Positions 18,517 through 27,821 of a stretch of 52,515 nt of DNA are shown piece after piece. Origin of the DNA: Candidatus Wolframiiraptor sinensis (GTDB taxonomy: Archaea; Thermoproteota; Nitrososphaeria_A; Caldarchaeales; Wolframiiraptoraceae); the NCBI GenBank assembly GCA_023261815.1, contig JALNKA010000005.1, positions 1 through 52,515 of the forward strand. Reading direction: 5' to 3'. Below the pieces are notes generated by a model that was given only the letters and a program-made list of their open reading frames with translations, was not told the origin of the DNA and searched no databases. Made by a program: the position numbers and the translations under genes. Within the stretch, counting starts at the first letter, position 1, and the number at the start of each line of letters is the position of its first letter.

Positions 18517-19057
18517 CCTCCTTATCCGCCTCACCCATCCCCATTTTCTCGATCTCGGCCTTCAGCTTCCTCTTTATCGCCGCCGGGCTATCCTCCACGC
18601 CATAAAGCTCGGCGAATAGGGGGCTCGTCCTCAGAATCAGAGTCCTCCCGGATTTCTCGGCCTCGATGAGCCCCTTCTCGAGAAGTATTTTTATGTGCTT
18701 GTAGGCCGAGCCGCCCCTGGCCTCAGCCACCTTGCTCTGCTCGATTGGCTGATGATATGCTATGAATGATAATGTTCTCATGACTCCGCGGCTCAGAAGG
18801 GGCTTTCTCAAAATCTTCTTCACGAGCTCCATATACTCTCTCCTGAGCTTTAGAAGATACCTGTTTCCGGGAAGCTCGATGAGCTCCAGGGCTCTCGAGT
18901 TCTCTTGATAGTGCTTCTTGAGCTCCTCGATCGCGCTCAGCACCATCTTCTTCGACTTGGTCTCGCATACCCTCATTATGAGGTTTAGGGGGACGGGTTT
19001 CCCGGCCGAGAATAGTATGGCCTCAATTCTGGCCTTCAGCTCCTCTGGATCGGGCAT
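18491..19057 (-). CDS. scpB: Condensin kite subunit ScpB
   Basis: IEAILFSAGKP, TLSFIAYHQPI, RG, TSPLFAELYG. Confidence 0.93.
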   Translation of the reverse strand: MPDPEELKARIEAILFSAGKPVPLNLIMRVCETKSKKMVLSAIEELKKHYQENSRALELIELPGNRYLLKLRREYMELVKKILRKPLLSRGVMRTLSFIAYHQPIEQSKVAEARGGSAYKHIKILLEKGLIEAEKSGRTLILRTSPLFAELYGVEDSPAAIKRKLKAEIEKMGMGEADKEAKSDSASE

Positions 19058-19712
19058 TCCACTTCACCGCTATCAGCTTATGCTCTTCATTCTCTATCAG
19101 CTCGATATCTCCCCTCGCGGCGGCGAAGAGCAGTAGTATGAACCTCCTCGCAGCCTCAAGCCTATCAACTCCATCGAATATGCTTTTCAGGTCTATTATC
19201 TCCTTGCCGCCGAATATCCTCCAGAGCCCCTCGAGGAACTCCTCTAGCCTCTCCTCCAGCTTGACCAAGAACTCGTCGAGCTCTACATCGAATACTGCGA
19301 GAAGCGCTTTCTCATCTTCCCTGCCATTGCCTCCTTGACCCGATTTGCTGAGAACCTCTTTGAGGGCTTGTATCAGCTCCCCCACCGCCACAACCATGAA
19401 CTCGGGCATGCATGGCAGGTCGATGGGCGGGGGCACGATCATAATCTCTCTCCTGAATTCGTCATCCGCGGCCCTCGGCCTATCGGCCCTCAGGAGAAGC
19501 TCAGTCTTCATGCGGTGGATCGTTGCGGCGGAGTATGCGGCGACGCCGCAGGAGCTGAGATCCATGATTCCGATTCTGCCGAGCTCCTCCATGAGCGCCC
19601 TGAGGACCTCGACGAGCTTTATCTGCCAGGGTTTAACCCTGTCAAGCCTCGTGACGTCGAAGAGAACTCTCCACCTCGGATCGCTCCAGATCGTGATCAC
19701 CTTATCGGCCAT
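19023..19712 (-). CDS. scpA: Condensin kleisin ScpA (divergent)
   Basis: KPWQIKL (DPWDI-like), MKTELLL, C-terminal FILLLFAAARGDIEL; between smc and scpB. Confidence 0.8.
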   Translation of the reverse strand: MADKVITIWSDPRWRVLFDVTRLDRVKPWQIKLVEVLRALMEELGRIGIMDLSSCGVAAYSAATIHRMKTELLLRADRPRAADDEFRREIMIVPPPIDLPCMPEFMVVAVGELIQALKEVLSKSGQGGNGREDEKALLAVFDVELDEFLVKLEERLEEFLEGLWRIFGGKEIIDLKSIFDGVDRLEAARRFILLLFAAARGDIELIENEEHKLIAVKWNARSRGAEGQN

Positions 19713-22700
19713 CGCTGATCACCTCCTCCAGCCTCATCTTCACAACTCGGGATGATCCGCCTGCATTATAGACGCCTATGACCTGATCTGCCTTCTCCAC
19801 CATCACGTCCTTCAAGCTTATCACGATGATCTGGGTTCTCTTAGCCATCTCCTTGAATAGCTCGGCGAGCCTCTGGCTATAGCGCAGATCCATGTGAGCA
19901 TCAACCTCGTCGAAGATGTAGAAGTCGGCGGGAGTGAGACCCTGGAGCGCGAGGAGGAGGGCGACCGCCGCGACGGACTTCTCGCCGCCGCTCGCGGCCC
20001 TCGAGCTCCTAGGCTGCTTACCCGGGAATGCGAGGATCATGTCTATGCCGCCCTCGAATGGGTTATCCGGGTTCTCCAGCCTCAGCCATCCCCTGCCGCC
20101 CGTCAGCCTGCTGAAGTAGTTCTCGAAGGACTCGGCGACCTTATTGAAAGTCTCCATGAAGATCCTCTTCTTCTCGCTCTCTATCCACTCGATGAACCTG
20201 AGGATCTCCTGCCTCTCCGCCTCGAGCTCCGCTATCCTGGATGATCTGACCTTGTAGTTTCCGACGATCTCCTCATATTGGGTTGGAGCTAGCTGATTCA
20301 CCACCTCGAGCTCCCTAAGCTCGGCCTCGAGCTCCGCCTTAAGCTCCCTAAGCTCATCTCCGGCGATCACCGGAATCTCCACGGTGAATTCCCCGATCAT
20401 GGAGAGCTTCTCCCTGAGATTTCCGAGCTCCACCTCCAGCCCAGCCCTCCTCACCCTCAGCGATGACCTAGCCTCTGAAACCGCCCTGATCTCCTCATCC
20501 AAGCGGCTTATCTCCGCGGAGGCCTCCTCAGCTCTCAGCCTGAGCATTTTGAGATCCTGATCTAGACTCCTCCTTAGCTCAGAGAGAATCAGCATGCCAT
20601 ACATCGCCTCAGCGATCTCGATCTCCAGAATGCCCTCCTCGGCGGCCAGAGACCTGATTTTCTCGGCTGTCTCGATCCTCTCGCGCTCGGCTGCCTCGAT
20701 CTTCCCAGCGATCCTCGAGATCTCAGCTTTAACATGCTCCTCCTCGGCCTCGAGTTCCTTAAGCCTCCTGCCAGCATCGGAGAAGCGTAGCTGAAGCTCA
20801 GATCTCCTAAGCCTAGCCTCCTCATAGGATCTCCTCTTCTCCAGCATCTCCTCCTCGAGCCTCTTCAGTCTCAGCATCTCTTCTTCATCCGGCTTCATCA
20901 CCGGAATCTCCTCGAGCTTTTTCTTGGCCTCGGCGACAGCTCGATCAAGCTCTTCAAGCTCACTTCTCAGCTCCGCGAGCCTCTCCTGTCTTCTCAGGAT
21001 CTCCTTCTCCGCGCCAGAAGCCCTCTCCATGAGAGCCTGGATTCTATCTGTTAGGCGATTCTCCTCGAGGCTCATGCCAGCGCTTCTCGACGTGAGCGCC
21101 CTCATCCTCTTCTCGAGCTCGCTCAGCTCCCTTCTCAGCTCCTCCCTCCTCTCCCTCAGCTTATCCAAGACTCGTAAAGCCTCCCTATACTCCCTCGTCG
21201 CGACCTCGCCCAGAAGCTCCCTGCTAAATGATATCGTCTCGATCCTTAGATCTGGATGGATCATCACGCCGTCCACCAGGATCTTCTTTCCAGCCTGATG
21301 CCGCAGGCCGTCTGAAATCCTGACGTCCCTCAAAAGATATCCGAGGGCGATCTCGGCCCAGTCGGAATTGGCCTTCACGCCGGGGATTCTCGGCCTCTCG
21401 CGAGCATTCAAGGCAGCATCTAGGGGGAGTATTCTGAGCCTCACCCCAGATCCGCTTAGAGCCCTGGCGATCTTCAACCCCGTGGCCACGCTATCGACGA
21501 CGAGCGAGTCGAGCCATCCCTCGGTCGCGGTCTCCAGCACGCCGAGAATCTTCTCGTCAGCCGAGATCTCGGCTCTGAGGAAGCCCTTGACACCCCTCAC
21601 GCCGGCGCCCCGAATAGCATCGAGAATTTTCTCGAAGTCGTTATCCTCCGGCTTGAGTATGCCCATCGAAGCTATCCTCTCAAGAATCGCGGAGAGGCCG
21701 CGCTCGACCTCCTCAATCGCCGAGATCTTGGAGCTCTGCTCCTCCAGCGCTCTCTCCAGTTTATCCACTTCTTCCTGAACCGCTCTTCTCCCGCTCACTA
21801 TGGTCTCGAGCTTCTTCTCGAGATCCGGCAGCTCGGCTAGAATGCTCTCCCGCTCATTTCTGAGCTTCTCGATCTCCGCTTCTAGCCTTTTGACTTCATC
21901 GGCGAGCGCCCTGCGCTTTGCCTCGGCTGCCGCGATCTCGGCTTCCAGCTCGAGCCTCCTGCGCCTAACCTCCTCCAGCCTCCGCTCTACAATGCTCTTA
22001 AGCGTGGCGTATGCTTCCTCGGCGCGTCTGAGCTCCTCGAGCTTCTCACGCTCCTGCGAGCTGGCATCATCCATGAGCCTCTTAAGCTCCTCAGCCTCCT
22101 TCAGAAGCCTGCTTCTTTCGAAGGATAGCTCGGCCAACCTATTCTCCAAGCTTCTCATGGATTCTCTCAGGTAATCCTTCTCCCTCCTCAGCCTCTCGCA
22201 CCTCTCTTCGAGAGCCGAGATCTCTATTCTCAGGCTATTGACTCGATTCTCCCTAGACCTCCTGAGCAGCTCCAGCGACGATGCGAGCGCGTCGGCGTGC
22301 TCGATCCTCGAAGAGATGTCCTCGAGCGCCTCTCTAAGCCTCTCCCTCTCCTCCAACCGAGCCCTCCTCCTCTCCTCGAGTTCCCTGAGCCTTTCCTCGG
22401 CTGCCAGAAGCCGCTCATCAACCTCCTTCAGCTCGCTCTCGAGCACGCTTATGCTCCTCTCGAGCTCATGCCGCTGAATGGAATTCAGGAAATTTTCCGC
22501 GAGCCTCCTCCTCAGGGCCTGGTTTCTCTCCTTCTCGAGCTGCTTGACTCGGGCCTTAACCTCCTTGGTGCTCGCCTTCGCGATCGCGAGATTCTTCTCG
22601 GCGATGGCCAGCTGCTCCTCCGCCTCAGCCCTCTTCTTCTCGTAGTCGCTTATCCCCGCAACCTCCTCTAGCATCTTCCTGAGCTCCACGCCGCCCCTTT

Positions 22701-23145
22701 CAGCGATCTCGATCACGGATCCCTGCGGGACTATGTTGAAGCCGGATGGCCTGATATTCGCCATCGAGAGGAGGGTCAGGAGCTCGTTCCTCGAGACCTG
22801 CCTCCCATTGACGGTGTACTCGCTCTCCCCATTCCTGTCGATTCTCCTCGAAATCGTGACCTCATCCGAGTCCAGGGGAATGGCTCTATCCGAATTATCC
22901 AGCGTTATGGAGATCCTGGCGTAGTTTATCGAGGGATCATCGTGAATGAGTTCGGCAAGCTTGCCGACCCTGAGATTATGGGCGCTGAGCTCTCCGAGGG
23001 CGAACCTGATAGCGTCTATCACGTTCGACTTCCCGCCGCCATTCGGTCCCGTGACCACGAGAAACCCCTTATCAAGCTCGAGGGCTATCCGCCTCGAGCC
23101 AAACGACTTGAACCCTTGTATCGTCAGCCTCTTGATATATACCAT
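19702..23145 (-). CDS. smc: Chromosome segregation protein SMC
   Basis: MVYIKRLTIQGFKSF, GPNGGGKSN, VPQG, long coiled coils, ASGGEKS, FDEVDAHMD. Start trimmed to ATG 23145. Confidence 0.95.
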   Translation of the reverse strand: MVYIKRLTIQGFKSFGSRRIALELDKGFLVVTGPNGGGKSNVIDAIRFALGELSAHNLRVGKLAELIHDDPSINYARISITLDNSDRAIPLDSDEVTISRRIDRNGESEYTVNGRQVSRNELLTLLSMANIRPSGFNIVPQGSVIEIAERGGVELRKMLEEVAGISDYEKKRAEAEEQLAIAEKNLAIAKASTKEVKARVKQLEKERNQALRRRLAENFLNSIQRHELERSISVLESELKEVDERLLAAEERLRELEERRRARLEERERLREALEDISSRIEHADALASSLELLRRSRENRVNSLRIEISALEERCERLRREKDYLRESMRSLENRLAELSFERSRLLKEAEELKRLMDDASSQEREKLEELRRAEEAYATLKSIVERRLEEVRRRRLELEAEIAAAEAKRRALADEVKRLEAEIEKLRNERESILAELPDLEKKLETIVSGRRAVQEEVDKLERALEEQSSKISAIEEVERGLSAILERIASMGILKPEDNDFEKILDAIRGAGVRGVKGFLRAEISADEKILGVLETATEGWLDSLVVDSVATGLKIARALSGSGVRLRILPLDAALNARERPRIPGVKANSDWAEIALGYLLRDVRISDGLRHQAGKKILVDGVMIHPDLRIETISFSRELLGEVATREYREALRVLDKLRERREELRRELSELEKRMRALTSRSAGMSLEENRLTDRIQALMERASGAEKEILRRQERLAELRSELEELDRAVAEAKKKLEEIPVMKPDEEEMLRLKRLEEEMLEKRRSYEEARLRRSELQLRFSDAGRRLKELEAEEEHVKAEISRIAGKIEAAERERIETAEKIRSLAAEEGILEIEIAEAMYGMLILSELRRSLDQDLKMLRLRAEEASAEISRLDEEIRAVSEARSSLRVRRAGLEVELGNLREKLSMIGEFTVEIPVIAGDELRELKAELEAELRELEVVNQLAPTQYEEIVGNYKVRSSRIAELEAERQEILRFIEWIESEKKRIFMETFNKVAESFENYFSRLTGGRGWLRLENPDNPFEGGIDMILAFPGKQPRSSRAASGGEKSVAAVALLLALQGLTPADFYIFDEVDAHMDLRYSQRLAELFKEMAKRTQIIVISLKDVMVEKADQVIGVYNAGGSSRVVKMRLEEVISDGR

Positions 23146-23251
23146 CCTCGCTTGGCTCCACTTTAAGCTCAGCCGCGAGTTAAAAATTATAGCTCTGACC
23201 CTCAAGGGTTTTACCCGAGTATTCTTCCGAAAATATTCTGGCGAGGCGCCG

Positions 23252-24616
23252 CTAATACATGTATTTATCCTTCCATTTCTCGAGCTCCTGAACTGATCTC
23301 CTGACATCGCTGAAGAGCTTGACGGCTATCTCCACGTCTCCGGGCGTTATCTCCTCATTTCCATTCTCCCTAGCTATTATCTGGCTCGGAGTTAGTAGCT
23401 GGACGGCGTAGCGGAGCGTTGTCTGCTCACCTATGTCCGTGAGCTTCTCCAGCGCCTCGGCCTTAAGCCGAGCCTTCTCCTCAGCCGCCCTTATCTCGAG
23501 GATCTTTCTGATCTCATCCCTGGTGTAGGGCCTCGTGGAGATTATCAACATCCTGTCGAGCAGATCTAGCGGTATCCCGTGAGGCGAGATCATGTCTGTT
23601 CCACGAATCTTCGTCATGCCCCTATTCGTGGCGAGTATTATGATCGGAGCCAGCTCGCTCTCCATCGCCGCATTAAGGAATGAGAAGGCCTCGATGTCGA
23701 GGAGGTGAACCTCATCGATGAATAATACTCCCGGGATTATCTCGGCCGTCCCCTCCTCAACCCTCCGCTTAACCATCTCATCGACCTCTCTTCTAACCTC
23801 ATTATCGATCTCCCTGGTCGGCGGTGCTCCGAAGAATAGGCTGAGGAGGCCTCCGCTCCTGGACTGAGCGCTCAACTGATCTAGGTCGTGTAGCGTTAGG
23901 ACGTAGATGAACTCCTTCTCCTTTTCTACTGGTCCGCCTGGCCTCGGGACGGGTCTCTCATCCACAACAGCTATATCATATCTTTCAGCAGCCTCTTCGG
24001 ATCTCCCAACCCTGGTCACTCTCCCGGTCTCAGCATCTATCGTTATCACATCTCCAACGGTTATCCCCTGCGATAGTATGTATGATGCTATGGTTGCTCC
24101 GGCCCTGAGTACTCTCCGATCATCCTTTGTCACGAGCCCTATGACGACGTGATCCGGCACCTCTTGATACGGATTATATGGATGCCTTCGGGTCTTCACG
24201 TCGAGCTGGAATACCTCGCCCTCATAGACCCTCCTCCGCTCCCTTAACCTGACGCCTATCGCCTTTCTCATCGCCTGCGTCAGGATCTCGGTCTTCTTGA
24301 GCTCTGAGGAGTAGATCTCGGAGCCGCTCATGGTAACGAATGGGACATCTCTGCCCAGCTCCCTGGCAATCGCGCAGGCTATAGCGGTCTTGCCCGTGCC
24401 CGGCGGGCCGGCGAAGAGCACAGCTCTGCCCGCCATCTTACCCTCCTTAATCATCTTAACGATGATGCCCGCGGCTTCCCTGGCCTCAACCTGCCCCACC
24501 AGCCCATCTCCGGCGAACTTGGCCTTGAGGCCCTCGAGCCCCAGCCCCTTGACATGGCTATGCGCTCCAACTCTCAGAAACCTCTCTCCGGAGTAGCGAG
24601 TTATGTCCTCGAGCAT
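23252..24616 (-). CDS. TIP49 / RuvB-like AAA+ ATPase
   Basis: AHSHVKGLGL, GPPGTGKT, GVLFIDEVH, ATNRG, HGIPLDLLDR. Confidence 0.96.
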   Translation of the reverse strand: MLEDITRYSGERFLRVGAHSHVKGLGLEGLKAKFAGDGLVGQVEAREAAGIIVKMIKEGKMAGRAVLFAGPPGTGKTAIACAIARELGRDVPFVTMSGSEIYSSELKKTEILTQAMRKAIGVRLRERRRVYEGEVFQLDVKTRRHPYNPYQEVPDHVVIGLVTKDDRRVLRAGATIASYILSQGITVGDVITIDAETGRVTRVGRSEEAAERYDIAVVDERPVPRPGGPVEKEKEFIYVLTLHDLDQLSAQSRSGGLLSLFFGAPPTREIDNEVRREVDEMVKRRVEEGTAEIIPGVLFIDEVHLLDIEAFSFLNAAMESELAPIIILATNRGMTKIRGTDMISPHGIPLDLLDRMLIISTRPYTRDEIRKILEIRAAEEKARLKAEALEKLTDIGEQTTLRYAVQLLTPSQIIARENGNEEITPGDVEIAVKLFSDVRRSVQELEKWKDKYMY

Positions 24617-24691
24617 ACCCCAGAAGATCCTGAAAAGGGCGGGATAAAGACTTAAAGCGGCGTCAGGGCACCTCTCCGGAAAATGCCTTTA

Positions 24692-24778
24692 TTGCTCCGC
24701 AAGGGAGTGTCCAGTTAATAGTGGCGGGTGAAGGGCTGTCCAAGTGCCCCTCCCTCCCATCACCCCTCTTTTTCCCTT
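24692..24778 (+). ncRNA. Unclassified structured repeat / candidate small RNA, copy 1
   Basis: TTGCTCCGCAAGGGAGTG-[14 nt]-GCGGGTGAAGGGCTGTCCAAGTGCCCCTCCC...CACCCCTCTTTTTCCCTT. Inverted near-identical copy at 36519-36605. The repeat is certain; RNA status is inferred. Confidence 0.55.
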
Positions 24779-24854
24779 TTCGTTTAAGATATTCTTTTAA
24801 CTCTTCTCTAAGATACTTAACTTTTATTAACTGGATTTCTCGCCTTTCGGTGGA

Positions 24855-25238
24855 ATGGTTCAGTGGCACTGGGATTTGCATAAACGTAAGCCAACCGGCG
24901 GGAGGCGGAGACCCTATAGGAAGAAGCGGAGGCATGAGCGCGGGGGAGACCCGGTCTACACGATCCTCGGTGAGCGGAAGCTTAAGGAGAAGCGAACAAG
25001 GGGTGGGAACGTGAAGTACGCGTTGATGTCGGATCTCTACGCGAATGTGACGGATCCCGATAAGAAGATCTCCAAGAAAGTTAAGATTCTGAGGGTTGTC
25101 GCGAATCCCGCTAACAAGGACTTGGAGCGTAGAGGCGTTATAACGAGGGGCGCGGTGATCGAGACCGAGCTCGGCAGAGCGATCGTCACCTCGAGACCCG
25201 GTCAGGATGGAGTAATAAATGCCATCCTAGTCAAGTAA
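24855..25238 (+). CDS. rps8e: 30S ribosomal protein S8e
   Basis: [31 protein letters not shown]. Confidence 0.97.
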   Translation: MVQWHWDLHKRKPTGGRRRPYRKKRRHERGGDPVYTILGERKLKEKRTRGGNVKYALMSDLYANVTDPDKKISKKVKILRVVANPANKDLERRGVITRGAVIETELGRAIVTSRPGQDGVINAILVK

Positions 25239-25252
25239 GGTGCGATGCCGGT

Positions 25253-25543
25253 TTGCTGAAGAGAAAGGGATATGTTATCTGGCCCGCATACTTCGATGCC
25301 TCGATCAGCAGATCTCTTTGCAGGAAGGTGCCCCTCGGGCTCTCCGTGAGAAATCCGAAGGCTGAGCAGATTGTGGAGGCGGCTAGGAGGCTGGGCTGGT
25401 CCGCGGTCATCGAGCCGGGGAGCCATCCAGCATTCTGGTGGAGGAAGACGGGCAAGGTCATAGTGGATCCAGGGAAACCGATGAAGAAGAGCGAGGTGAT
25501 AAGGGCCCTAGCTAAGCTCATGAAGTCTGGTGAATCCCGATGA
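25253..25543 (+). CDS. srp19: Signal recognition particle protein SRP19
   Basis: VIWPAYFD, RKVP, HPAFWW, KSEVIR. TTG start. Confidence 0.92.
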   Translation: MLKRKGYVIWPAYFDASISRSLCRKVPLGLSVRNPKAEQIVEAARRLGWSAVIEPGSHPAFWWRKTGKVIVDPGKPMKKSEVIRALAKLMKSGESR

Positions 25544-25815
25544 GCCGTGATGCCGGAAAGCTAAAGAGGCTTGGAAGGGTCTGGGGCAAGGTTGAGGGAA
25601 GCCTGGTAATCGAGGCTGAGCTTCTCCCGGAGCTCGGAGAAAAGGTCTACGATTCGCGGCTGAGAGAGGTTGGAAGGGTAGTAAGCGTCCTCGGCCCAGT
25701 CAACCACTTCTTCGTGGAGATCATGGGCGAGAACTTGGATTATGAGGAGGGCACTCCGCTCTACGTTCTCAGGAAGAATCGGAGCGAGCGGGATACGCAG
25801 CGTAGATCCAAGTGA
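25540..25815 (+). CDS. gar1: H/ACA RNP protein Gar1
   Basis: KRLGRV, VYD...VGRVVSVLGPV; upstream of tfb. Confidence 0.85.
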   Translation: MSRDAGKLKRLGRVWGKVEGSLVIEAELLPELGEKVYDSRLREVGRVVSVLGPVNHFFVEIMGENLDYEEGTPLYVLRKNRSERDTQRRSK

Positions 25816-25891
25816 TACGCCGGGAATCGTTTTGATCACTTCAGGTCATCCATTTTATTAGCTGTGATGTATTCCGGCGCATCCGGCGAGC

Positions 25892-26710
25892 ATGGATTAC
25901 GAGAGGTGCTTGGCTTGTGGGGGGCGGTTGATGGAGGATGAGCTCACGGGCGAGATTGTGTGCTCGAGATGCGGCGCTGTTGCGGGAATTCTTCCTCATC
26001 GTGGCCCCGAGTGGAGGGCCTATGGCGACGGCGATAGGGTTAGGAGAGAGAGGGCTGGAGCACCGCTAACTCCGCTGATCCATGATCTAGGCCTCTCGAC
26101 TCGCTCACCCGCAGATCATGGCCTGAGAGGCCGGGCTGAGAGTAGGCTTGTCTCGATGCTTTCAGAGATTTACCGCTTGAGCACAAGCATGGGCTTGCCG
26201 AGGGTCGTCGCCGAGACCGGAGCACTTCTCCTAAGGAGGCTGAGATCAAGGCTTGCCGACTTCGGGAGGGAGGCGGATCTCCTTCCCGCCGCCCTACTAC
26301 ATCTCGCGATCAGGGTTCATGGAATTCCTATTGGTGCAAAGGACTTGGCCGAGATCTCTGGGCTGGATCCGGCATCGGTTAGGAGGCTTTCGATGCGGCT
26401 TGCTGGGATTCTGGGCGTGAAGGCGCTTGAGAGCGTGGAGGCCTGCATAGCCAAGCTCGTCGGAGCGCTGGAGCTGCCGGGAACGGTTGAGGAGCATGCT
26501 AATAGGATTTGCAAATCCGCGATCAGGGCTGGGCTATCGCAGGGCAGGGGTAGAAGAGCGCTGGTGGCCGCCGCGGTATACCTCGCGGCTAAAAGACTCG
26601 GTTACAAGGTACCCCAGAAGCGCGTCGCTGGGCTAGCCAAAGTGGGCTTGACAACCCTGAGGAGGAGATTGGAGGAGATAATCCGACTAAGCGCCGAAGC
26701 CTCGCCATGA
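25892..26710 (+). CDS. tfb: Transcription factor B (TFIIB) paralog, divergent
   Basis: Zn ribbon CLAC...CSRC, GPEWRAY, HDLGLST, two cyclin folds. Confidence 0.85.
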   Translation: MDYERCLACGGRLMEDELTGEIVCSRCGAVAGILPHRGPEWRAYGDGDRVRRERAGAPLTPLIHDLGLSTRSPADHGLRGRAESRLVSMLSEIYRLSTSMGLPRVVAETGALLLRRLRSRLADFGREADLLPAALLHLAIRVHGIPIGAKDLAEISGLDPASVRRLSMRLAGILGVKALESVEACIAKLVGALELPGTVEEHANRICKSAIRAGLSQGRGRRALVAAAVYLAAKRLGYKVPQKRVAGLAKVGLTTLRRRLEEIIRLSAEASP

Positions 26711-26766
26711 CATGAGCATCTTTATAAGGTAGATATGGGACTGTATAATACTTTGGGTGCTCTTTC

Positions 26767-27180
26767 TTGCCCCAGAAGCTCAGCAAGCTCGAGGAGAAGG
26801 CCATAGCGCTTTTGCTAAAGCACCAGGATAAGGGTCTCCTCCAGTCAGAGCTATGGCATAAGCTCGGCGTAACAAGCAGGGAGGGGTCGAGGATAGCGAT
26901 CAGGCTCGAGAAGAAGGGGATGGTGAAGAGGGTTAGGGAGTTCGCGAAGGATAGGTGGACAAGGAGGCTCGTCCCCCTCATAAGAAGGGTGACCGTCGAG
27001 CCTATCAAGGGCGCGCCATGCCTCGCGTGCGAGCAAGAGCATGTCTGCGGTGAGGGTGGGGTGATCTCGCCGAAAAACTGCCCGAAGCTGGAGAGGTGGG
27101 TGCTCGAGTCGCGCGTCGCGGAGGGTGGGGAGGCTCAAGCCCAGGCCGCTCAGGAGCAGAGCGCCGAAGCTCAATCCTAG
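26767..27180 (+). CDS. TFEbeta / RPC34-like protein (winged helix plus C-terminal 4-Cys Fe-S domain)
   Basis: GLLQSELWHKLG...SR...LEKKG.VKR winged helix, PCLAC-x5-C-x10-C..LERW; next to tfb. Confidence 0.85.
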   Translation: MPQKLSKLEEKAIALLLKHQDKGLLQSELWHKLGVTSREGSRIAIRLEKKGMVKRVREFAKDRWTRRLVPLIRRVTVEPIKGAPCLACEQEHVCGEGGVISPKNCPKLERWVLESRVAEGGEAQAQAAQEQSAEAQS

Positions 27181-27791
27181 AAGCGCTTTCCCATGGCTAT
27201 GAAGTAGAACTCGGAGCTAGTCTTCCTCCTCGCTTGAGGCACGAGCCTCTTCACCACCGCGTAGTCCCTCCTGAGCTTTTCCGCGAGCTCCATAACCTCC
27301 TCGCAGTCGAATGCCTTCAGCATCACAGAGCCATTGCGCTTAACCAGGCTCCCGGCTATCTCATAGGATCTCAGAGTGAGCTCATACTGCCTGATCACAT
27401 CCACATCTCTTATCCCCGTGAACCTGGGCGAGGCATCGGATATCAGGAGATCAGCGCGCTTTCCGCCTAAGACTCTCAGGACCTCCGAGACCACGTTATC
27501 CTCCAGTATATCCAGCTGGAGAGCTATGATGTTCTCCTCCTCGAAGGGCTTGAACTCCCTCACATCGACTGCGACCACGAGACCCTCAGGCCCCACAATC
27601 CTCGATGCTGCCTGCGCAATCCCGCCCGGCCAAGCCCCAAGCTCCACGACTATATCGCCCCTCTTTAGAAGGCCGAATCTCCTCTGAGCCTCCTCGAGCT
27701 TATATGCCGCCCTGGATCTATAGCCCTCCTCCCTGGCCCTGCGCCTATAGGGATCCCTCTTAGCCTCCTCGATCCATCTCCGGGTCGGCAT
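27177..27791 (-). CDS. rlmE: 23S rRNA Um2552 methyltransferase RlmE/FtsJ
   Basis: GYRSRAAYKL, ELGAWPGG, ISDASP, K-D-K-E tetrad (SSE). Confidence 0.93.
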   Translation of the reverse strand: MPTRRWIEEAKRDPYRRRAREEGYRSRAAYKLEEAQRRFGLLKRGDIVVELGAWPGGIAQAASRIVGPEGLVVAVDVREFKPFEEENIIALQLDILEDNVVSEVLRVLGGKRADLLISDASPRFTGIRDVDVIRQYELTLRSYEIAGSLVKRNGSVMLKAFDCEEVMELAEKLRRDYAVVKRLVPQARRKTSSEFYFIAMGKRF

Positions 27792-27821
27792 CCCGGGTAA
27801 TACTCTCCAGATGCCGGCTTT

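Noticed and set aside
23146-23307. N-terminal extension of the SMC track ORF (similarly for tatA, rps13, rpl37ae, pfdB)
   Set aside because: It overlaps neighbouring genes or promoters, and family homology starts at the downstream start codon.
24683-24718. Micro-ORF MPLLLRKGVSS in copy 1 and a 44-aa ORF through copy 2 sharing LLRxGV
   Set aside because: Starts, lengths and stops differ between copies. The conservation fits RNA structure better than coding, though a leader peptide is not fully excluded.
24724-24754. Twister ribozyme, tRNA T-arm or box C/D reading of the repeated element
   Set aside because: The twister UAA and pseudoknot partners are not conserved in both copies. There is no G53-C61 closure or cloverleaf, and no CUGA boxes.
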